A stretch of DNA of 64,000 bases from Marsupella aquatica (lineage: Eukaryota > Plantae > Marchantiophyta). The notes beneath the pieces are model-generated. The model searched no databases. It worked only from the letters and a program-made list of their open reading frames with translations, and was not told where the DNA came from. The first letter of the stretch is position 1. Every line of letters begins with the position of its first letter. The DNA lies in NCBI GenBank assembly GCA_973895155.1, contig OZ316893.1, positions 27,164,110-27,228,109 on the forward strand, read 5' to 3'. Below are positions 25,640-38,255 of this stretch, piece by piece. The translations under genes and the position numbers were made by a program.

Positions 25640-28000
25640 CATTTTGTTCAGTGAGGTGAAATCTTGAATTGTGTCTTCAAAATAATCTTCCATGATAGCA
25701 ATCTTCAAAAGAAAAAGTTTAGTCCTTAGCCTAATCATCTCTTCATCCTAGGGTACCGGGGAGTATTGGAGTTCCATGTAGCACCGTCAAAGTCTTTGGA
25801 CAACATCTGCAAATCTCAAATGAGGATCAATCGATCCACCACTTCCAACTTTCCAAGCTTCTGGCAATGAATTGATATTTGCTTTGTTCCTAAGAATAGC
25901 CAAGTTTGCCTTGAAGTAGTTAGCTCTACGTACATCTATAGCAGTAGTGCTTCAAGGAGTCATCCAAAAGAGATAATGATAGGTCCATGATCCGATAGAG
26001 CTGAGGATCCATCGTGTTTGAGGTCCATCACCTCCGCCATCCATTGCCCCTTTTCACTTAGGTAAAAGCAGTCTAATCGGGACTGAACCAATTTGCCATT
26101 TCTTACCATTCGCCATGTGAAATGTGATCCGGTAACCTGTCCCAAAATTTTTGGGCATCTTGTAAGTTGAATCATAGTTTTGGTAAATGCCAAATGTCTA
26201 GCTTCCTTCCACGAATTTTGGGAAATAGGCTAGTAGAATCTTCTTGTTTTTCCGTCATATTAAAGTCACCACTTATTATTCATTTCCCCTGGGTAAAGTG
26301 TTCAGCAAATCATTCCACAATAGGGTACGTTCACTCATTGAGTTAGGTGCATAGATGCTAATCAATCCATATATTTCATTATCTGATTGTAATGTAATCC
26401 AAACATCTTGTTCTTTATCTAGAATGTGTTAGACTCTACCCATTGACCGGACCAACCGGTCACCCGGCACACCTATATGTACCATGACCCTACTCATTCT
26501 ATTGACAGTTACTATTCATTATCCTATCATACGTTATCAGCACGACTCACCCAGCTTAGAGCACAGGAGAGCGAAAAGCTATGGCAGGAGAGAGAAGAGA
26601 AATACCAATGACAGAAAAAAGGGAGCACCGAGCCAGGTCCGTCAAAGTTGGCTCACCAAGGAGATGTCCAGTTTTTATCCTCCGACAATGAATTTCAGGA
26701 ACTGAGGAAGGTGAATTAAGATTGAGGTGACTGGATTAAATTCATTATGAAGATTCAAAGCAATTTGTTACAATCACGGACTCTCCACTGTCCAACTCGA
26801 GATTCGGTTATCCAGGGCGATGTACAAAGAGTTTGCTGGTGAAATGAGAAATCTACAACAAAGTTATCATTCTACCGCATATGGAGAGTCACCAATGGAC
26901 AGACTCTTTCAATCAGACTGCAGACCATCAGAAGACGATTCCTCCCAAGAACCAATCAATCAAACAGAAGAAACGATCAATCAATCGAGTTTGAGAGCAA
27001 ATCGAGTTTGTAAGCAATTGAGAAGTAGACTCAAAACATAGAAGAAGTAGACCTATTGAAACAAGAACCAGAGAACGCGGCTCAGATGGACGAAGATACG
27101 CAAATAGAGAGGAAATTGACCACTCAAGCAAAATTGAACCAGATATCCGGATGACATTGAGCTTTTCCTCATCGGAGTGTAGCTCGTGAGATCAACAATT
27201 GATAAGGACATAGAGAACACAAAGAACAAGAGAGCAGAAAAGAAAGGATCGGTTAGACAAGGGATCCGAGGCTGCTTGATGAGAAGGATCCCTATGCATA
27301 TTTCGTTGTTGAAAAGGGCTGCATGAACAAAACTTGAGATCTTGTCGAAGAAGACTGAGAGAAATAGAAGCAGATAGGAAGCAAATTGCAAATAGAAGCA
27401 CAAAAAGCAAGTTGAAGAATCGAAGGAGAGCCAATTGACCGAGATTCGAAACAACACCTGAAGGACGAGGTAAGGAGGCGAGAACGGGGCTGTTCGAAGG
27501 GAAAGAACAACATTGCTGAACACCCATTGACAAAATGTCGAGATAAAGCCCCTAACCACTTCACCCTCCTTAAGTGCAAATTTCAACAAGGCAATCTTGT
27601 TTTCCGTGTATTCATGTGCACTTAACAACTTAAGTGCATCCCTTCATAACTGCACACCATAAAAAGGAAACTTAACTTACAAAGCCGCACGTGCACTTAA
27701 CCAGGGTATGAGTAACTAATCACCCATAATTGCACAAACTGAAAAAATCCATTACTGCACAATATAACAAAGGAAACAACACATACAAAGAAAACTTTGC
27801 AATTAACCAAATAACAAGGAAAACCTAAATCCTAAGTGCAAACCCTAAAACTGAATTCCAAATTTGCATGCTCTCTGCACCAAGTCCCACTTTGCATGCC
27901 GCATAAATGTGCTTTGTCGACTTTTACTTATGGCTATTACTCTATAAGCCCTAATTACTATCAAAAACGAGCTTAGAAAATAGTGCCATAGCAACCCTAA

Positions 28001-31000
28001 ATGGCCAACCTGGAGAAATTGACTTTCCCACCTTTAGAAATTGATGGTAACAATTACCTCGAGTGGTCCATGAACCTCAAGGAGAACCTGACCTCTTTAA
28101 CCCTACTCCCAGCTATAGGGATAGCTCAACCCATACTAGACCCGTTAACCAAGGTCAATGAATCAAAGGCCCTAGTATTTCTCCGACGTCATATCCATAG
28201 GTTCTTGCAAAGACAATACATGCACCTAACCACCCCTCGCAAGCTATGGACAACGCTTAAGACCCGATTTGACCACCAGAAATTGGTCGAACTACATAGA
28301 GCCCACCAAGAATGGCTAAACTTACGGGTCCAGGATTTTACATCCATCTCAACCTACAATAGTGAGCTATTCAGAATCACCTCAACCCTTGCACTCTGTG
28401 GCGAGCCAGTCATAGACAAGGACTTGCTAGAAAAAACCTTGTCCACGTTCCACTCTTCAAACGTACTACTATCAACCCAGTACCGGAATATGAAGTTCGG
28501 ACAATACTCAGAGCTCATCGCCCACCTCCTAGTAACAGAAAGGAACCAAGAGCTCCTTTTAGTTAACTCTAGGAAACGTCCTACGAGCACACTACCCCCA
28601 AGACCAGAGAGAGAAACCCATCACATCGACAACGCTGGACCCTCTCATCAAGGCAGGATGACAAGCGCGCCAAGAATGGTAATAGGAGAAACACCCTCAA
28701 CAGGGGAGTTTCTTCAACCAACACCAACAACGCGGCGCCTTTCGACGGGCCTTTTGAGGTTGCCCAAACGGGCACCCACAACAACAGAGTTTTTGAAACA
28801 ACTTCACACACGGCCGAGGACGCGGACAAGGTCGAAGGAGATACCAGAATGACCGCCAAAGTGATCGGCCTCAACCTCGACCACAGCGAGAATGACCAAG
28901 ATGCCACGAATGTGGCATGACCAACCATCTGGACCGCAACTATAGGATTCCACAATACCTTAGAGATTTATACCAACAATCCCTACAAGATGGCCAAAAC
29001 CCTAGGGCACCACCCCGTGAGACCCACGGGGCGTTTATGGAATCCAGAGACTTATTTCAAGATTTTTCAGACACACCTACGCAACTTGAGGCACATTTAG
29101 TGGCGAGTAGCTCCACAACCCCAGACCTAAATAGTCCTAGCACATGCATTATTGGTAGCACGACTACTCATACTATCCTTCGAGATAGAACTCTTTTCCA
29201 CAAGATCACACCTTCAAGTAGATCACTGACCACTATCAATGGTCCTAGCCAGATAGAAGAGGGCTTTGGCCCAACTTCTATTTGACTTCCATAGGGTACA
29301 GAAATCCAGATAGAATCAGCTATTTTTGCCCCGAATGCAACCCGTAATGTCCTAAGCTTTAGGGATATACGAGCAAATGGACTCCACGTCCAAATAGAGG
29401 ATACAAAAGATCATGAAGTAATCTATTTGGTTGAAAATACCCCTATGGGGAAAATCATTAAAGAGACTCTTTTCTCGTACCCATGCGGGTTTTACGTAAC
29501 TCAAATTGAATGTTTGCATAACAATGCACAACCAAGTGAATTGCCCACGCTTTGGCATGCACGCCTTGGCCACCCTGGCAAACTAATAACAAGGCCCACG
29601 ACATCAAAATTGCCAACCAAGATACCAAAATTCTTGGACATCATACATGCGGATGTCTGCGGGCCAATTAACCCACCGAGCGAACCATTCTGCTACTTTA
29701 TGGTATTGATCGATGCATCAACCAAATGGTCAAATGTGACCTTGCTTTCGACGCGGAACATGGTTATGCCTCGCATCTTGGCGCAAATCTTGCGCGTGAA
29801 CGCACAATTTCCCGATCACCCCATTAAGACACTAAGGGTGGACAATGCAGGGGAATTCACATCTGAAACATTTTGACGATTTCTGGACACCACTAGGTAT
29901 CGATGTACAGTATCTTGTACCCCATGTGCATTTCCAGAATGGATTAGCTGAAGCTGTCATTAAACACCTTCAGCTAATTGCACACCCACTACTAATGCAA
30001 TCAAAACTCCCCGTCTCACCATGGGGACATGCCATATTACAGGCTAACGCATTAATTCAATACCGCCCATCAGCTTTTAATACTTATAGCCCATACCAAA
30101 TTGCTAACGGTATCAAACCCGATCTATCCCACCTTTGTTCATTTGGATGTCAAGTGATGGTCCCCATTACTCCACCCAAACGAACCAAGATGGGACCCCA
30201 ACGACAGTTGGGGATATACATCGAATTTGACTCACCGTCCATAATCAGATATATGGAGCCTACAACAGGCGACGTTTTTAAAGTCAATTTTTTAGATTGC
30301 CATTTTGATGAGCATATTTATCCACCATTAATAACCCCTGAACACCCACTACCACCTTTGGAGTGGGAGAGACATTCGTCATTTTGGCAAGACCTTAGAA
30401 CAAATCAGGGGGAGAAAGAAGTTCAACGAATTTTGCAACTCCACAAGATTGTGGAAGAATTTCCCGACACTTTTGTCGATACATCACAAGTTACCCACTC
30501 ACATATTCCAGCTGCGAGAGCATCCGCTCGCATCGAATTATCAAGAGAGCCAGCAAGTACATCCCAACCTCGTGCCAAACATGGCAGACCCTTGGGATCA
30601 AAAGATAAACAACCAAGAAGGCATGGTTCATCTATCCCTCCTTCACCTGACGTAGATCATACTGACTCCATAACTCATGAAGAGATCTCTATCCACTACG
30701 CACACACCGGTGCGATGTGGGATGGAATTACTACTTCAATAGATGATGCTTTTGCATTAATGGTGGCAACACATATCAATGATGATACACTTGAACCAAT
30801 TTCCATATTAGAATGCCAAAACAGACCAGATTGGCCTGAATGGCAAAAAGCTATCAATGGCAAATTAGATTTCCTACTAAGCAGACATACTTTTGGCCCA
30901 GTTGAGCCAACACCAAGAGACGTACACCTCATTGGCTACAAGTGGACCTTTGTCCGCAAAAAAATTGATAAAGGCCAGGTTGTACGCTACAAAGCACGTC

Positions 31001-32540
31001 TGGTAGGGAAAGGATTCACCCAACAATCGAGAATCCATTATGATGAAATTTACTCACTGGTTATGGACAGCACAACATTTCGATACCTTATCGGATTTGT
31101 CATTTTCCATAAACTTAAGATGCGACAACTGGATGTCGCAACCGCATATCTATATGGAACTTTAGACACTTGTCTATACATGCGATCACCTCCCAAGTTG
31201 GAGGAACGTCGTCAAGCTTTAGCTCAAGGCGCTACATTGCATATTCCATATTTACATAAGATTATCAACCGAACACATCAAGTTACACCTCATATGTCAT
31301 CTACACATGTAACTCATCAAAATGATACCCCTGTGTCAGCCATACGGCATACTCGCTATCTGCGTGTTGAAGGCATTATATGGCCTGAAACAAAGTGGCA
31401 GAGTATGACATCAAAGATTCACTGATGAGATGATTTCCATGAGTTTTTCCCGTGATGTAATTACTCCATGTTTATTTATTAAACATGTGGATGATGAATA
31501 TGTCATCGTCTCTATTTATGTTGACGACTTAAACATATTTGGGACACCCCAAATTACAAAAGATACTATTACCCATCTCAAAACAACATTTGAGATGAAA
31601 GACCTTGGTCATACAAACTTTTGTTTAGGTTTACAATTGGAGATCTTGCCTACTGGCATGATGCTCCATCAGACAACACAAACTGAAAAGATCCTAAAAC
31701 AGTTCAATATGAACTTAGCACACCCATTAACGTCTCCAATGGTGGTACGTTCATTAGAAAACACTACTGATATTTTTCGTAAGCGCAAAGAACACAAACC
31801 ACTATTAGTACCGGAAACTCCATATCTTTCTGCGATAGGAGCATTAATGTATTTAGCAAATCAGACCCGACCAGACATTGCATTTGCAGTTAACTTACTA
31901 GCTAGGCACAGTGCAACTCTCACAGCCAGACACTGGAACGGAGTTAAGCACGTATTTAGGTACCTGCGTGGCACCACTGATACCGGGTTATTTTACCCAT
32001 TCGGTGCAAACCACGAACTCACAAGATATGCGGATGCCGGATATCTTTCCGACATTGACACCGCAAAATCCCAAATCGGATATATTTTTACTATAGGGGG
32101 TACCACTTTTTCTTGGAAAAGCGTGAAACAGACCCTAACAGCAACCTCATCGAATCACTCAGAGATTTTAGCTCTACATGAGGCTAGTCGCGAAGCCGTT
32201 TGGTTATGATTTTTTATAAATCACATCAATACTAAATGCGGCCTACCAACACTAACGAAGCCTACTAATATCTTTGAATGAGGATAACGCAGCATGTATA
32301 CAACAGATCACGAAAGGATTCATCAAAGGCGATCGAGTGAAGCACATAGCTCCAAAGTTCTTCTACATCCATGAGTTATATGGAACAAAGATCAACATTT
32401 TACAGATTTTAAGTGCAGACAACTGTGCAGATCTCTTCACCAAATCACTATCGCCGGTCATTCATCACCGACACTGCCAGGCGATTGGACTACGGAGCGT
32501 ACGATGCATGATGACCATGAAGGATGCTGCTACACCATGA
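28001..32540 (+). pseudogene. Copia gag-pol polyprotein, frameshifted and with stops
   Basis: Gag MANLEKLTFPPLEIDGNNYLEW; protease-like CIIGSTTTHTIL; integrase WHARLGHP, IHADVCGP, RVDNAGEF, QNGLAE; RT YKARLVGKGFTQ, QLDVATAYLYG, IYVDDL; RNase H YADAGY, EDNAAC, DNCADLFTK. Confidence 0.93.
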
Positions 32541-32751
32541 CTGATGATACTGACGACTTACTGTTGAGACAAATGTTGAAACTAGATTTACTATAGCATC
32601 TGACTTTATATAATATTGATACTTATTACGATGAGGACTGTTAGGGTGCACTCTTTTTCCTTTAGCACTCAAACTTTTTCTCTGCTACACCTGTAGAGTT
32701 TTTATTTAACTAGAGTTGATAAAGGTTTTTTAACGAGGTAGTCTACCTCAC

Positions 32752-32896
32752 TTGTACTCATATCATGTATACTCTATTAACATGGTATGATAGGTCTAGT
32801 CTATATTGTCTACATAGTTGTCAATTGTACTCATATCATGTATACTCTATTAACATGGTATGATAGGTCTAGTCTATATTGTCTACATAGTTGTCA
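32752..32896 (+). repeat. Two-copy 73-bp tandem duplication just upstream of the copia PPT
   Basis: TTGTACTCATATCATG...CTACATAGTTGTCA starts at 32752 and again at 32825. Confidence 0.9.
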
Positions 32897-35302
32897 CTAT
32901 ATAGACAAGGGGGAGTGTTAGACTCTACCCATTGACCGGACCAACCAGTCACCCGGCACACCTATATGTATCATGACCTTACTCATTCTATTGACAGTTA
33001 CTATGAATCATTATCCTATCATAAAATGTTGGTTTTCAGTATCACAAAAGACGGGTGGATTCAAATTGCAGTGCCTCCCCTTCCATCATTTGGAGGCGAA
33101 TAGAAATACTAAAAGGATGGTAAAATAGCTCAAAGAGCATTTTCAAGTCTAAAGGCATCTACTTTAACCTCTTGTAAAGCCATATAAGCAATGGGTAGGT
33201 GAATTGAAGCTGTCATTTGAGGACAACATTTTGGTGGTCAGGGTCATGATGCAAATTGCAAAATTTTAATTGCTTGCCAATATTACTCAGCCCATTCCCC
33301 CCCTTCTTGATGGGGCCACTTTCAAATATCACATCATAGTGCGTTGTCTTGGACAATCTCTGGACTCCTCATTTCAAGATTCAACACCGGGTCATTCAGA
33401 CTTGCCAAAGGTGGATCATCCTTCCAATCCTTTTGAAGCACTTTGCTATTCTCCTTTGTGCTTCTTGTCTAACGTAGACCATCCCTCTGCATCCTGCATC
33501 TTAGCATTCAAAGAAAAATGTAAGGAATGTTGATTTTGTGCTTTCTTTTTCATCTTTTCCTTCTTTTTTTCCTTAGGGGAGATCTTCTAGCTAGCTTCTG
33601 AGCACCTTCTCTCTTGAGTTCTATTCTTGCAATATACCCTTTGAATTTAGACAATTATATGTCAAAATGGGGTTTAGAGATAGAGATTCACTCTTTGTCT
33701 CCATCCTTCGATGTTAAAACCGGTTCAATTGCAATGTTTCATTTGGAGTTTGTGTTGCACGGATATGTGATCCGGTAGGTCATTGCCTCCTTCTATCGTA
33801 GCAATAAAGGGGAGTACTACTGTCTCTTGAAAATTGCGTATTACCTTGGGGATCACATCATCATGTGAAAGAACAAAGGATGAGTGGTCCCTGACCTCTA
33901 CTGACCTTGCTAAATTGCCCATTCTCTGCCAGTGGTCATCGGGTGGGTATTCACCTCATTCACCGGAGAGACGTACTGCCCAAACATGATCTGTGGTTCA
34001 ATCCCACCAGCAACTGGAATGGCGTCTCCTTAGGTAGGAGTGGCACCACACTGATTTCCAAGACATGTGTATTCTCTCCATCCAAAATAATGGCCGCTAG
34101 CGGAACCTGAGGTGCCATGTTGTCAACAATAGGGGCCACCATGATATCTGGCTAAGTGTATTATCTGCTGTAGTTTGAGGAGGTACTATCACCTCCGAGT
34201 CCTCAATTGTACTGCAAACTCAAGCCAAATGCCCCTTCTTACCACACCTAAAGTAGTGAAATGGTATGTTTTTAAACATCATCGGTTGCCATATCGATAG
34301 TCCTTCCTGAATTTCCACTTTTACAATCAGTGGCACCTCCCTCTAAGTATCCCAAAGGATACAAGCATGATCATGCGGGTAAGAGCTTAGATCATCTCCC
34401 TGAATGTAATAAAGAGTATCTCCTAAGGAGGTAGCTAACTTCCTCTGACAGGGTTCAAGAATCAAAGCTCTAAGTAGAATTTCTATCCATATTGGAAACA
34501 TTATATAGGATTTACTCCTAATGTCAAAGAAGGGGTCCCATGGGAATGTGAAGATGAATTTTGATCCAAAAACCAAGGGGCACTTGCTAATGCAAAGTCC
34601 CTGTGCACAGGATCCTTGAAGGTGAGCAAACTCTACCCCACAAGTTTCACCTAAGTCACTGGCCAATTCATTTTGTGCACAAAAGTCTTGTTCACCCAAA
34701 ATTTGAAGATAGGCAACATTGGAGTCCTGTCAGCGAAGTAGCACATCATTGTGTAGTTAAAATGCTTTGTTATCGTCTCAACCGCTTCTTTCAGGGACCA
34801 CTAGATCTTGTGTGAAGTTCCAAAGGCCATTCTTGAATAGAGAGGTCGGAAATTCTTTTGAGAATTGGAATACAGGCAACAATTTCCTTCTCAACTTACA
34901 CTCGATCAGATCTCAGGTTATTGTTATTCTCAGTAGACCTGGCCTCAAACTTGCTTCTATCCCCGATGTCATCCTTGAAGTGTTCCAAGGTAGGCTCACT
35001 TGAAGCGAGACTCAACACTATGCAACAAAGAGAACAAGGGAGAAAAATGATATATTTTCATAGACACACGTCGCAAAGTCCTCCCTAATGTTCCAAGTTC
35101 AAAGGCATCTTTCCAATTTCAATCATTTCTCTCCACTGAGCCGAGCTGGACCTTGCAATTGTGCAAATCTTCTGTTGGAAGCATTTGAAGGCTTTCATGT
35201 GTAAAGCCTTTGGCGAGCAAGATGAGGGAGGGCCGTAATGTTGCAAGGCATGACGCAAGAGAGAAGTCAAGAAGAGGTAGTTGGGTATATTTTGGTCATA
35301 CA

Positions 35303-35578
35303 CTCGGGGGGTTGACTATAAAAAATCTTAGGAACCACGTGCAATCCAAAATAGGTATTTTTGGCAAATTTTATCTAAATTTTTAAAAAGCGTAGGAGGC
35401 AAAAGAAGGTATTATAAACTCATGTTTATAGAATTTTCTTTAATATATACCCTTTATAAAGTAAAATAGGTTATTAACATTGAAAATAGAGAATATTCTC
35501 TTTATAAAATATGTCTATTTTTATTAGGCTAGGATCGCACGTGGTACCCCAAAATATACACTTAGTTAACCCCCCGAG
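35303..35578. mobile_element. 276-bp MITE with 16-bp TIR and perfect 8-bp TSD (hAT-like)
   Basis: TIRs are CTCGGGGGGTTGACTA and TAGTTAACCCCCCGAG. GTCATACA flanks both sides (35295-35302, 35579-35586). Inverted subterminal CCACGTGC motifs surround an AT-rich core. Confidence 0.9.
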
Positions 35579-38143
35579 GTCATACAAAGGAAGGGAAGGA
35601 AGGGCAGGCCTGAGGGCAGCCAATCCGTGCCAAAGACAACAAACTCAGGGATAGCCAAGTGCGAGATCAAGGGCAACACACACTCTTTGATGGTGAATGG
35701 GGCACAGGGATGACACTAGATGTGTCAAGTAGATCATAACATATGTCTCTTTTCTTAATTCACCCAAAAATAGGTGATAAAGTGATAAATAAAATTAATA
35801 GGGTAAAGATGTATGTACATAGTATGGATAAGAGAGGAACATTCTAGTCATTTATCCAATAGTGTTAAGATTGTGTTTTATTTGCCCCACTTTCAGGCCC
35901 ACCCCCATTTTGCACCTCACTCCAATATATATTGTTGGAGCAAATCACAGTCATTTGTGACTTTGGGGGTCACCCTTCAATAAGTGTTGCAATCAAAAGA
36001 TAGATTAAGCTTTTCTATTTGAATTTTCAGCCCCTTCTAACCGATACAGGTAGTTTCATCAAGAATCTTGACAAATATCTCTTTCTTATATATTCTTTGC
36101 TGTCTACCACTAATGAGCTTTATTTTTTGTGGGGCGACAAAATCTCTCAACACTCAGATTCAAGAATGATAGAACCAAAAGAAAAACTTTGATATCATGC
36201 ATAATACGTTTGCAAGACTCCAAAAATCAATCGCATTGATAGTTGGGCTTTGTTGAGAGAAGACATATATTTTGTCTTTGATACTTGATTGGTTTCGCCA
36301 AGTATTTTTGTTGATCAAGATGTCAAACAAGTTAGCTCTAGGGTGATTCTAGTATGCGCTGAAATTTTACAATCAGATATTTGAGGAGGTGCTAAATTTG
36401 CAAGGTTGGAGTGAATGATCGGATGCAATCCTCTTATGGTTAATTTTTGTCCTTTGAAATGTACATTAATAGATTTTTTCACACCTTGAGTTAATACTAA
36501 TCGATAGCTTAGCAACACAACAGCAAACGCACTTTGTTCATGGGGAAGTATAAACATGACTAGTCCATTGTAAAGCAGCGCAAACACACTCAATATGAGG
36601 AAGATTGGAGCAAACTTGGCTGGAACCATGGTTCTATCCTTGAGAAATATTTTGGATATTTTTGTCTCAGCTTAAAACTAGCCCAACACTTTCAAACTTG
36701 AACCCAACAAAGAGATTCACACTAGTAGGATGTAAAACACTCAACCATCTGCCTTGATAAAGATACAAAGCTCATGAGCTGCAACCATCTTGGAAACAGT
36801 CCCACCTTTTGTTTTCACATACATCTTTTTTGGGATGAATCACCTGGACTATGTTTGGATAGAATTAGTTTAGGGTTTAGGCCTTCACAACAACAAGAAA
36901 TTCCCATGGGTTCCTTGTGCATGTTACATTCCATGTACTCATTCTCATTTCCTCAATGTATCAACCTGGAAGCTCAAACAGGGTTAGAGTGAACATTCAT
37001 AATTAGTCACTGTAGCAATTTTCAATATTAAACTAAAGAAAGCCCAAAGTTATTTAAGTATGCTACCTTGGGGAAGGGTCACTATATGAAGGGCCATACA
37101 TTGTGAGCAACATTTAGGGTTTGACCCCTTAACTTATAAGTGAAATTTTTTGCAACACCCTTTCATTCTTGAAATTTTGCCACTTTTTACTTAAAAGCCC
37201 CTAAAAGTTGTAATAAATTATTTTTACAATTAAATAGACCTATTTTTCTTTAAACCTGACCAATCAATAAAACATGGCCTATTTATTATTCCCCAAAACC
37301 CTGGAAGTCTTTAGCCACACCCATTTAAATGGGCCTATACTTTGTCACACGTGACATGCCACTTTCGTGAAAGTGACCCCCCGAGTTACTACCTGTGATG
37401 TGGCAAGATAGGAACATAGTTGTTGGGGCAATTCACAAAAGACATCATCCAATAAATGCAATTTCTTAGCAATAGAATGAAATGAAATCAATGAATTATT
37501 CTATGAAAACCATGGAGCTTGATAAGGCCTTAAACAGGCTGACACAACTATGATATTATAGATTAGCTAAAAAAAAGTGATCAATTTGGAAGATGACCCC
37601 TTGTAGCATAATTTTCACAAAACATTATCTTTGCTTGAGAACTCAATGCAGTCAAAATCATTGCACAAGGATAAAACCATAAAAGTAAACCCAAGTCCAA
37701 CAAACTCTTGACTCGCACAAAGGTGGGGTTTAGGGTTTACCCTAAACCCATGAAATACATCCCGATGACAAGAACAGTGGCCAACTTGCTACTTGTCGAC
37801 CCATTGAAACATTTTAGAGACGCAACAGACCCATGTAATCCTAATACAAAACAATGATTAGTATATCTCTGAATGAGCAAAGTTTAATTCCTAAATAAGT
37901 TGTATCTCTATTGGCTCTGGTGCAAGCTCTGGTGAGGTTCCTCCCAATCATTTATATACTTTTTCTCATTGATTCCATTGGGCATTAATTTCCCTCTACA
38001 AAGATTCATTCTCAATGTGTGTTTTTATTTCATTTGTGAACCCTAGTTGTTTGTAATTTCACTCTCCAAAGAGTGCTCCAAAAACTTCTTCCAACAAACA
38101 CTAGCACAAATGTCACTATTAATGCCCAAAGAGTCATGACTTT

Positions 38144-38255
38144 GTGGTAGCTCACCTGAGTAGAGATTGATAGGTCTTTGGTTCAACTATTGAGGTTGAC
38201 TCTTCCCTTTCTGTGAGGTTTCACAGATTTTCCCTGAAAAATTAAAAAAAATAAT
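38144..38255 (+). mobile_element. Possible degenerate tRNA-derived SINE
   Basis: Box-A-like TAGCTCACCTGAG, box-B-like GGTTCAACT and an A-rich tail at about 38236-38255. No full cloverleaf or clear TSD. Confidence 0.3.

Larger units (their letters stand above)
26427..33023 (+). mobile_element. Full-length, decayed Ty1/copia LTR retrotransposon, Bianca-like
   Basis: LTRs at 26427-26531 and 32916-33023 (TGTTAG...TCATA). TSD GAATG/AAATG. PBS-position motif CGTTATCAGCACGA at 26532 and PPT AAGGGGGAG at 32907-32915. Coding motifs run in copia order. Confidence 0.95.
21474..35010 (-). mobile_element. Decayed L1-clade LINE in three pieces (about 35010-33029, 26426-25640, 21632-21474), interrupted by the copia element and the solo LTR; RT domain absent
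   Basis: ORF1-like FTFPWDPFFD..PIWIEI and knuckle YFRCGKKGHLA*VC near 34220-34260. APE endonuclease motifs: MALQEVK and GRGGTAI (about 33070-33180), ISIYAPN, SGDFN and SRLDCFYL..LSDHGPI (25970-26370). Post-endonuclease GDEPSKFLF near 21535-21560. The 5' boundary is approximate. Confidence 0.82.
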
